Positions 1 through 11,200 of a stretch of DNA of 64,000 nt are shown here, piece after piece (within the stretch, counting starts at the first letter, position 1; each line of letters begins with the position of its first letter). The notes beneath the pieces are model-generated. The model saw nothing but the letters and a program-made list of their open reading frames with translations, was not told where the DNA came from and did no database searches. Location: positions 2,565,172 to 2,629,171 of the forward strand of contig NW_002060945.1 of assembly GCF_000150275.1 (NCBI RefSeq). Direction: 5' to 3'. Made by a program: the position numbers and the translations under genes. The stretch is from Trichoplax adhaerens (taxonomy: Eukaryota > Animalia > Placozoa).

Positions 1-101
1 TCAGCTCTAAAATGCTGACAAAGTATTCAATTTACTCGTTATTTAAAGAATTTAGATTTGAGAAATAATTTTAATAACCTATCTGTCTATCTTTAATGAA
101 G

Positions 102-3100
102 GAGTTTGCGATACTAACGAGTGTGAGAATAATGGAACATGCGAACCCGTATACGGATCTCGTTATAGATGTCGCTGTAAATCTGGATTCTATGGAGGAC
201 ATTGCGAATATAGTTAGTTTCTCCGTAAATGCAGTATTAGATAACAAAATTTCGAAAGATAGCTTATCAAGGAATCATAATTGTAACAATAAATAATCAA
301 TCATTTCAATACAGAGTGAACATTATAGTACATCATTCAGTTTTTATTAACAAATTGATGAAGATAATACCGGCACTGGTCTCTTGTTGACTGTAAAATT
401 TCATGTGTATGCTTATTAATGAAGGAGTTTGCCAAGTAAACCGTTGCCTGAACAACGGGACATGCGAACCTGTAGGTGGAAATTATTATAAATGTCGCTG
501 CAAGTCTGGATTCTTTGGAAGTCATTGTGAAAAGAGTTAGTTTCCGTATACGAATATATACAGTATATCGTATTCATTGATTCGATCTCGAAAAATTTAA
601 CTTAATAAATCATAACAGCTATAAACCGTGACGAAACATTTTAGAGCAGAGATGTTTATTATCAAATTGCATACCAATGCATTAATCAAGCTCATACTAA
701 TATTCCTAAGTTAACTAGCTATAATGATTTCTGTTTATATATTTTAATGAAGCAATTTGCGAAAAGAATAAATGCCAAAATAATGGAAGATGCGAACCGT
801 TGCAGGGATCTTATTACAGATGTCGCTGCCCGGACGGATTCTATGGAAAATACTGTGATAAAAGTTAGTTCACGTACATAAATATCTAAATGGTGCGATC
901 TTGAAAATTTAGCTACTAAACCTTAATAGCAATAAGCCAAGATCAAATATTTTAGAATAGAAAATATTATTTGTTTAATTACTAACCAATACATTAATCA
1001 AGCTCATACTAGTATTTCTAAAGTTTAGGAGTATAATGTTTTACATATATGTGTGTAGTTATGTAGACAAAAATTAATACTGGCGGTATATCAATATCGA
1101 TTTTTAACTGCCCGTAACAAATGAAGGAGTTTGCCAAGTAAATCGTTGCCAGAATAACGGGACATGCGAACCCAGACATGGAAGCTATTATAGTTGCCGC
1201 TGCCAAGATGGATTCTATGGAGGCCATTGTGAAAAAGGTTAGTTCACATACGTAAATATTGTAATGGATGATATAATCTCAAGAAATTTAACTTCTTAAA
1301 TTATAACAACTATAAGCTATGATCAGATATTTTTAAATGGCGACAGCTAATTATTAACAGTAAAATTAAACAGAATTAATTAACCTCGTAATGGTAATTG
1401 CTGTCTTTCTTTGCTGACAATGTTGCCTAATATTAAATAATTTGAACGCAGAAATTTGCGTACCAAATGATTGCCAAAACAAAGGAAGATGCGAGCCTTT
1501 GCAAGGAGCTTCTTACAGATGCCACTGCCAGTCTGGATTTTATGGAATCCATTGTGAAAATAGTTAGTTTACGTAAATGTACAATAAACAATAATGTGAT
1601 ATAATCTCGAATTATCAAGTGAAAAATTAATTCTATAGCGATTTAGATTCAATTTACGATATATCTAAAGCATAGCTTTTGCCTCATATTGTGCCGATAT
1701 TTGGGTTGGACACATAGTGCACAGTAATTGATCTGAAAAGTATACACGTATTGTCTGTTTTCATCTCAAATATCATATAATTTGTAACAAATCAAAATGC
1801 AAGGGTTGAAAAGAAATCTTTGTTACTTATTGACTAAATTGATGAATAAATAATATACATATCATTATCGATATATGATTTATTATACTATCGCTACCAG
1901 CTTAAATTCAACTTTTATTAGAAAAATAGCAGATTATATGACAAATATAGTACCTTGATGAGTTAGTAAACGGTTGCTATAGGCATTTATCGAATATTTT
2001 AGAAATAGCAATAATCTTCCATTTGCTTATTGAGAGTCATTAAACTCATAAATTGTATTGCCCTGTAAATTTACTGACTATAGCATTTAATTTTTAACAT
2101 TTCAAATAAAGGAGTTTGTCAGACAAATCCATGCAAGAATAACGGAGTTTGCCAACCTGCGGGTGGAACTTCTTATAGATGTCGCTGCCAGTCCGGATTT
2201 TATGGGAGCTTTTGCGATTATAGTTAGTTTATCCGTAATTATTCTTTTAAGTGATTATCTAGAAAAATATTACATGAAAAAGTTCGTTCATACATCAATT
2301 TAGATTAGCAGCATTCATCGATACTACCATTGCAATATACATATATACCCTTAAGACTTTGATTTAACTCACGATATAGCTAATTAAAAGCGAACAATGA
2401 CAGTTTTCACTTCATATACTATTACGAAATATTAAATAAATCAAGAGTGTGAAAGTGGAGCACTAACTATTTCTATAATGCGCCTAGATTTAGCATCTTA
2501 TCTTAACTTCATAGAATCTTAATCGTAGGCATGTTTAATGTATGTTTCAATGATGTTCATATCGTCATCATTTCATGATTTACAAAACTATAACTACTTT
2601 CATGAACTTGACGAATGGTAAAGATCATAAAACTATAAGGCAAACCATAGCACACCTTTGGTACCCTTATAATACTTTGAAGAATAGTCTTACAACTTTG
2701 CCAATTATAACATTTTATATATCTAATTTTAATGAAGGGGTTTGCCAAACAAATCCTTGCGAAAATAGTGGAGCTTGCGAGCCTGCAGGTGGAGCATATT
2801 ATAAATGTCGCTGCCAGTCTGGATTCTATGGAAGCCATTGTGAATATAGTTAGTTTATATGGAATCATCCTACAGATGATATAATCTTGAAGGCTTTAAT
2901 AGAGAAATTTTTTTAAATTAAATAAGATACGCTTCTTACCAAACTATTACTATATGTGACAAGAAGTTTTTAATTTTAAATGTTGTACCATTTATCTGAG
3001 TGGAGGATCGTCAGTTTTCGCTTTTGACAATGTCTTAAAATAATAAATACTTTAATATCGAGATAGTACGGTGTAGATCTTTGATATTTTTATATAGCTA

Positions 3101-3415
3101 AAGATCTTCAGTATCATTTTATTCACTATCTATCGAAAAAGTTTTAAAGTATCATTAATGAGGTAATAAAGAATTAAATCGGTTTGGAAGCTTTCCAGGT
3201 TTAATTAATGCCATTATCATTCTAATTTATTCCAGTGATATCTTCTAACTTTTACTTCACTAACCGTCCTGTTTCCTCTATGTATCTGCGATAAAGGAGT
3301 TTGTCAAACAAAGCCGTGCAAGAATGGTGGAAAATGTGTACCCCTGCAAGGAGCTTATTACAGATGTCGCTGCCAGCATGGATTTTATGGGGGACATTGT
3401 GAAAATAAAGCATAG
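102..3415 (+). CDS. Gene A, 3' part: tandem EGF-repeat protein (8 EGF exons visible; the gene starts before the window)
   Basis: Seven 111-nt phase-1 exons with AG/GT borders, each one 6-Cys EGF (e.g. VCDTNECENNGTCEPVYGSRYRCRCKSGFYGGHCEY): 102-212, 425-535, 753-863, 1127-1237, 1452-1562, 2112-2222, 2738-2848. Terminal exon 3297-3415 ends ...GHCENKA-TAG. Confidence 0.88.
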
Positions 3416-4794
3416 GCAATATCATTATGACGGCTGGGAGCTGGATTAAATATTAGGATATGTTAATTAATCAAATAGTCAACATCCTCGTTATTTTCAA
3501 CGTTATTTTCAACGTTGTTAATAAAAAAATTATGAACTTGAAAATAGTAATTATGGTAGACATGTTAGTTCAATGTTGCTTAGATTAGAAAAAAAATTTA
3601 GTTAATTAGAATATCTGATATTATTCATTGCTTTGGCTCCCAAAGTCTATAGTACAGCAGTGTTATTGCGATATATAGTCTCCTTTATTGATTTCATCCT
3701 TTATACTAGAACTATTTTTGAGCGATCACAATTATGTAATTACATGTAGCAGTAAAGAAAAATGCATTAAGTAGCAGTCTTAGATATCACTTTTAAGAAT
3801 GGTAATTCCTTGCATAGTTTCATAGAAAGTAATACATTATGATGTCTTTCCATGATAGCCAAAATGTGATATTATATAATTTCAGTATTTTTTGGCTAAA
3901 ACATAATTACAAACTGTTATTTCTACATAATCGAAGAATAAGATGATGTCATAAATATTAAAAACGTAAACAAAATACTCATTTGGACACTCCTCTAAAT
4001 TATAAGATAGGATATTATCGTAATTGTTTGCAAATCGAATATGAAGCTGTTATTGATATGTAATCATAGCAAATAGTAAAATTGAAGCTAAGAAATGTAT
4101 GTATTCTATTTTGGAAACGACACCCCAAAGATGGCGGTAGTTTATATCGATATCATCTTTAGTACTCTACCGTCGAAGTTCTATAGCGGCATAGTCTGAA
4201 AATTGATTACTCCTATTAAGTTAATTAAGCTAAAAATGTGAATAAATAGTAAATTCATATGCAAAAGCTGCAGTAGAAGCAAGGTACGTTCTTAATCGCG
4301 CCCTGAATTCTTTGTCACAGACTTTACCAGTACAAATATTTCTTATATACCACCTTACCTGGACGCTAATTGTAGATGCGTTCATCTCTACAAGACACAC
4401 AACGTAGTAGCATATCCGCTGTAAACATATTTTCATGAGCTAAAATATCGACAGTCTATTCCATTTTGAAGTGCAGATGGTGCCGTATTCTTTACCGAGA
4501 GTAAGAACCCTTCAAAATAAAGCTATGATCAATTTTGAGATTTGCTTAGCAAATGAGCATCTTAATTATTAAAGTTCCGGTTAGGACTTTTTTTGGTAAT
4601 ACAGGAAAGCTTTTTACTAAAACATATGATTTCTCTGCGAAGAAATATTGCCTAGATTGGCCTATTCTAGTCCATGTATTGCGATGGTAAATAAATTAGA
4701 AGATAATTCTATCTAGTAATACCAAATATATTTATTTATGAAAATAAACTGAAGTTATCCCGTTAGGCAGTGCTAAACTTTATATTGAAATCTG

Positions 4795-6045
4795 TTGACT
4801 AGCATTATAAAATTTAGAATGCAATATTGACCATTAAGGTCAAAATAAACGATTCCATTAACCACAAGATCGGATACTAGCAGGGTGTAGATACCAAGAA
4901 GAATATATTTTAGTTATGGAACATGTGATGGAGGGTTCGATATCTCAGAGGATTGAGATTTAGTCGCCATTTACAATTATTACAACAAAGGGTTTATAAA
5001 AGTTATGCTTTATTGTAGGTTAGTAATGTGAAGTACAGTGAGGTAGTTACGGTAGATCAGCGTGCAAGCTGTCGTGAGTAACGAGTAGAAGTATTAGACT
5101 GTGAGAGACTAACTAGAAGACTAACTGAGAGGCTAATGAACTCTGAGGTAGAAATCGCCGGTATTTATAGTTTTAAAGATAGAGCACATGCAGAGAATAG
5201 GATTGTGGGGTTACAAAATAGCAGATGATTGTAGAAAACAGCGAGTACCGTAATAACTAAATACAGTAGTCTATATATGAATGTAGAGTAAGAGGACTGT
5301 AGATCTGTCTAAATATAAGAGCAATACAACATGTCTATATTTAAGAGTAGAATATAGTTACAGTATATTCTAAATACACTACAGAACATATATAAAAGAG
5401 CATTGAAATAAGGTCAATGTCCTTCACATTCATAAATAGAGGCAAGCTTAACATAATTTAATTACTTTTTGAGAGCTTTAAAAATAATTACGGCTTTTGC
5501 TTTTATTAAGAAGTAACGTTTGCATGTCGATACCGTTGGAATGACTGTCTCGCATCCACCTAATTTCTAACGTAGAGCACTTTCTATACCCTTGATGCAT
5601 TTAATTTCTATCTGTTGGCTTACATTTCCAGCAGAAAATCGATACCAAGTATTGGTTAATTTTTGATAATACTACGATAACAGCGGCACTATCACGCATG
5701 TTTTGAGATGGTACTGATGTAAGAAAATTATAATTAGGCAGATGTTGCAGCGTATGCAATATCTACACTTAATAACAAACTGCTTCATTGCACTTTTATC
5801 CATTGTAAAATAAATAAGTTAAACTAGGCAAGGGACAGCTAGCCACACGAAGATAGTTGATGTATTATATACCTACAGTACTTATATTGACAATAAAATA
5901 AGTTTTATGAATTTCACACAGTTACGCATAATAAGATCATCTCATATTAAGATTTAATAGTTACGCTTATTTGACAGTGAAAAATTCAGAGAAATACACG
6001 CGCAACTATTGCTGCATTCACTATGATGTTTTTATCTATAGAGAG
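4795..6045 (-). pseudogene. Inverted, decayed 5' fragment of a gene-D-like paralogue (D10C exons with introns)
   Basis: The reverse complement of ~5534-5650 (tggtatcgattttctgctggaaatgtaagccaacagatagaaattaaatgc...) closely matches gene D exon 40318-40539. The reverse complement of ~4795-4876 (ctgctag|tatccgatcttgtggttaatgg.., VSDLVVNGIVYF) matches exon 40748. Flanking intron sequence is also homologous. Frameshifts and Cys losses are present. The upstream limit near 6045 is uncertain. Confidence 0.8.
4924..5428 (-). mobile_element. Solo-LTR-like element (~505 bp)
   Basis: The minus strand begins TGTGAAGG and ends CCATCACA (7/8 terminal inverted match, TG..CA). It has TATAAATA (~5162-5169) upstream of AATAAA (~5009-5014). 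It interrupts the intron of the inverted pseudogene. No clear target-site duplication. Confidence 0.55.
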
Positions 6046-6269
6046 TAGATAAAATTAGCCATAGCGACATAAAATTAGCTGCTTGAAGATATCTAATAAT
6101 AAGTACCTGATATTTTTATTAATTTATTCATACTAAAATGGTACTTTTACATTGCATTTAAACAGATATAGCAGAATAATGACGTAGTAAAGCATGATGT
6201 TAATTTCAACCAATTACGACGGATAGAAATAGGAATAGCTCTTAAGGCTTAACTCTTATGGTTGAACTC

Positions 6270-7700
6270 TTAAGGAATAACTCTTAAGTTTAGCTCTTTT
6301 GCTTCTGTTATACTATAGGTGAAGTAGCCAAAGTAAGAAACGGTAGACTGCGTAATAGTGGCTAGTATTGAATCTAAATTCAAAATTTCTATTAATAACC
6401 AAAGAATATTATATGAATTGCAAAAAATAAGCAAATGAAGATTATCGTAGTTGTTGTTCTTGTTTACATAACACTGATTTACCGTGTAAAACATGCAACA
6501 TACATTTCTTGTTGTATGTAGTACTATATAGATGATATGGATATGTTATATACTGAATTGTGCACTGCTTCTAACGAGAAAACTGCATAGAACTGCTATG
6601 GTTTATCTTGGTGAAAGTCTAGATGTGCTACAGCTGTAATATTAACTTGATCTATTCCGTTATATACCTGATACTTTGACAAACTAAATCATTCACCAAT
6701 ATCATTAACTACGCAGATCGTTGTTTTTAACACTATCTTTCAATTGAAATCTAGTTTTTAGATCGTATTTCCATCATACTTGACACTAATTTATAAAAGT
6801 TATTAGTATTGTTTCCGATAACTTTTAACATATGGGAGATATTAGCTAATTCTATTAATAGGATTGAATTTACGATGATGACAGGCTCCGTAAAATTGAT
6901 AAAGTTTACTAAATTTAAAATATTGTAAAATTGTAATTGAAGGAGATGAATGATTTCTACTCTCGGTTTTAAAACGCTACTTTTAACTTAACATGCTGCT
7001 ATAATAATATCTCACCATTTACAATCTTCCGAATGCATTAATTATCCATATTTTCATAACCTGCTTAATAATTTCCATTGCTGTATTTGCTAAAAGATTG
7101 GCTACAAAGTAGTATTAAGTTTAAAATTTGTAATTTTTATAAATTTCCTTAGCATGATCTATATCAAAATAAACTTATCGGTACAAAGTTTGAGAATTCC
7201 TATTTTACCTTGCTAGTTGATTATGACTAAAAATTCTATACAAATCTATAGCTGTGAAATATTCTTAATCTTGAAATCCGGCATCGGCGGTTATAGAGTA
7301 GTCAAGATGACAAAACTGGCCGCTTTACGATTACTCATATTTTTAACCAACAGAATCGTAATGGTCAATATTAAACTTAGAATTTAAAAATATCGTTTGG
7401 CTAGGATTGATATATCCTTCAATTTGCTCTATTTATGACCCTTTATTTTGATCCTTAGTCAGAAATTCTCAAAGATTTATATTTTACTTTTAAAAAATAC
7501 TGAATACAAAAATAAGATTATAATTATTACCGAGATGGTAAATTTTATTTTCGGATACCTTAAAGAAATCCATTAAAGCATTTATTAAAAGGCCACAAAA
7601 AATTAATCCAATCAGTTTACCCTGATAAATTCTTCTAATAAAGGGCGGGAAAAGATCAAGATTGCCCATTGGGACTAAAAATAAATTATAAGACATCGCG
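6270..7700 (-). pseudogene. Decayed leucine-rich-repeat gene relic (A-B spacer)
   Basis: Minus-strand fragments in shifting frames with stops: DFFKVSENKIYHL, DLYRIFSHNQLA, FVPISLF*..GNL*KLQILNL, LIEILNLDSILATITQST..AKELNLR. They resemble LxxLxLxxNxLxxL. Confidence 0.5.
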
Positions 7701-8230
7701 ATAAATATTAGGAGAATTTTCTAAATATTATTGATGCTTACGTTTAAAGTATTTGCTTCTTATCATCTCCGCCCATCAAATGCTCATGTAAATAAAATTG
7801 TAAGGTATTATAATAAACCGGGTAAGATTTAAGACTAAGTAAATAAAAACTATCCAAGCAATGCACAAAGTATTAGCCGTGTGGATCAGCTTCAACGGCC
7901 TCATGTATGCAATTAATCTTTTGTGATCGTTGCAGTCCGTAACGTATTACTGATCTGATAATATTGTGATGCAATGAGCTAAAAGTTATGTTTATGTTAT
8001 CTATAAAATAACTAATTTGTCTCTTTTGCAGTAACTGTAAAGTATATTATACTGTTCAACTATAGTGACGTGAAGATATTTTTTGAATTGCCCGTTGTGA
8101 TCGATCACAGTGCATTATCTACAGACTCGTATTAGAGCCCCAAGTACAATTTTTATATGCGAAATTAAATACGTGGTTTCACAGTCTCAATTGTTGCCAA
8201 ATTAACCGCTGCTGCATGTAGTATGCTGAT

Positions 8231-11200
8231 ATGCTGATCAATAAACTCCAATTTCTGATGGTAAGAAAGATAAAACTCTGAAAATATCTCTGAAAAAATT
8301 GCCACTCATTATACACTAAGTTAATACTCAATTCTGATGTTGGAGAGAGAGTAGATCAACTTTAGTAATAATATGGAGTGTATGTTTAGCAGTAAATCTA
8401 ATAGTACTTCTACAAATTTGCTAATATGTATTACTGTGTCAAATATCGGCTTCATTTAAATATTATTGGCAAAAATGACCGGTACTATGATATCCCCTCA
8501 AACGCTCTATACCCTCGGGATTAAACATTTTTTTCTTAAGCAGAGACATTAAAGACATTAGCGTGATACATTAAATGCGTTTCTTGATATTTAATGCCAG
8601 TATTATGAGTCTTTAATACTAATGCGTCCTTCTCTTAGATTATAGCTTTACTGCCAATATCATCTAAGGCATCAGGTACTGCTTCCATTAAATATTTATT
8701 GAAATGATGATTGCCAATAAAAGTCTTACTTCGGTTCCTTTTGTAGGACCTTGATAATTATCGTATGATATCTATTCATAGTATTTTCAGTTCTTCAACA
8801 ATTTTATGTAATAATTTCCTATACTGCCATTAGTAGCACATGCAAAACATTGTAGGATAATATTAATATGCTTCTAATACCTACTGCTAGACTATTGCGA
8901 TTCTAAGCCTTGCGGTCATCATGGTACCTGTACTCAAACTAGCTTAGGATATGCTTGTACCTGTATAGTAGGCTATACTGGTCAAAATTGCCAATATCGT
9001 AAGATAATAGCGTTTTACGCTCTTTGATATTAGTTAAATTGATGCCGTAATGAACTTTCATAGTACTGGTTAATTAATGTATTATATAGTTACTATTGAG
9101 TAAATTCGTAACAACAGAAAGACTGACATATTGCTTCATTAACAAACTATAAAGCGATTAGCCCATGCCAAAGTAATCCATGTCGCCATGGATTTTGTCA
9201 AGCCCGTGATTTCACCTATCAATGTTTATGCAGGAAAGGCTACACCGGAAATAATTGTGACCAGGGTATGTGGCAATATACATGGAAAATAAGATTTCGT
9301 ATACGTGTTCTTTAGTTATAGTTTTTATTAAATGATACTATCCGCAATGAAGATTGTCAATATCTTTATTCGAAACGTTGTTGCTGTCATAATTCTTTTC
9401 TAGATATCAATGAATGCAAGCTTAAAATTTCAAAATGTGCAGACAAATGTATTAACACAAATGGCAGCTACCGTTGCTTATGTGAGGGAGGACGAGTATT
9501 GCTGTCGGATGGTCTAACGTGTGTAGGTAATATTTCTAGTCTTTTTACAAATTATTTTATTGCGAAAAAAATTAAGGAATTCAATTTCGAATTTGTTTCT
9601 TATACCTGGATTTTAGATCCATGCATATTCTACACGAATATCAAGGATAATACAAGAAGTGTTAAAAATTTACGTCGTGGTTTCAGTTGTGATCGTGAAA
9701 TATTAAAACAAAATCAGTCAACCTGGTATCGATTTAATGGAGGCAAATATAGTCAAATGATGACTTCTACTAAGGTTAGCATGTCACATTGTGGAACTCT
9801 CTCACCTGGATGGCTTTCAACAACTCATCCTACAGGTAAAAATTTCGAATAGATTATTTATACAGGTTAAGTAAATCATAAATAGACTTTAAGTTAACTA
9901 CATCGGGTATATATATATAATGTTCATGCGTGGGTTATATACTATACCGTACTAACTTAAATTTACAAACGGTATTCCTTATCTGAAATAAAGCATTTGT
10001 TTTACAAATATCAGTTCTAGATACTTTGCTAATGCTGATTTAGTATTAATGTATCTCTTTTTTTTATTTTATTTCATTGTAAAATAAACATTACAACTAT
10101 TGCTTTGAGTTTTGATTAGAATTTGAGATAGTGTTTTCAGTTCCATACAGTTGATAGCTATGTAAGTAGGTTCTCACTTATTTTAAAAGGATAAAAATTG
10201 ATGAAATTAATTCCCTCGTATTAATTTTACCAGTTCATCAAGGCATTGTGAATGGTACGATTTGTTTTACATGGTATTCCAATTCTTGTCGCTGGAAAAA
10301 TACAATACATATCAAAAATTGTGGTAGCTATTATGTTTATCATTTACCTGTACCACCGACATGTCATCTTCGTTACTGTTCAGATCGATATGGTAAGCAT
10401 CTCTTGTCTATACGTACTTCTGTTCAGTCTAAGGCATCGATTTCTTGTAGTATTTTAGAGGACTATCTTAAAATTTTGCGTTAAGGTAAGATTTCTGTAA
10501 GGTACACTATCAGTTGCTGTCTTAGATGCCAATTAGTATGTTAGCATAATTTTTAAAGTTGCACAAATTAAGCAATTTAGTATGTACTGTATTTGTACTC
10601 GTTTGAGTACAAAGTTCATATTTAATGATTTTACTCATATTTTTCGAATTTAAAGTCGTAGAGATCTATTATTAAAAGTCATGCTGTACGTTATGCCAAA
10701 CATATAATAACGCTGTTGGTAAATAATCTTTGCAATACGGTATATTTATAGACTATTGTGAACCTAATCCTTGCATAAGTGGTAGTTGCCGATCTACTAT
10801 AGCCGGATTTCGCTGTAATTGTGAAGCAGGATTTCAGGGAACTCACTGCGAACATGGTAAAAACTTCATTACTGATTACTAAGTTCTATAAAATAACTTT
10901 TGAAATCATTCAGCTGAATGCTCACTTGGAACAAGGTGTTAGTTAATAATGAGTCGAATGTATTTCAGTAGATAATAGTAAGAACATCAATTAAAAGTGA
11001 CAGAAAAAAATATTTACTTACATGAACCTGCTGTAATTTGGCTAGAGAAATTTTTAATTATGAATCTAAAAATTCTATCCATTTTTTTAGACATTAAGGA
11101 ATGCGCTTCTAATCCATGCATTAAAGGAAGCTGTATCGAAGGCATAAATGGATATACATGTAAATGTTTACCAGGAATAACTGGAAAACGATGTAATGCA

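Noticed and set aside
5700-5760. LRR-like peptide LHTLQHLPNYNFLTSVP on the minus strand
   Set aside because: Better explained as the decayed start of the inverted D10C exon. It also shows that LRR-like strings can arise by chance here.
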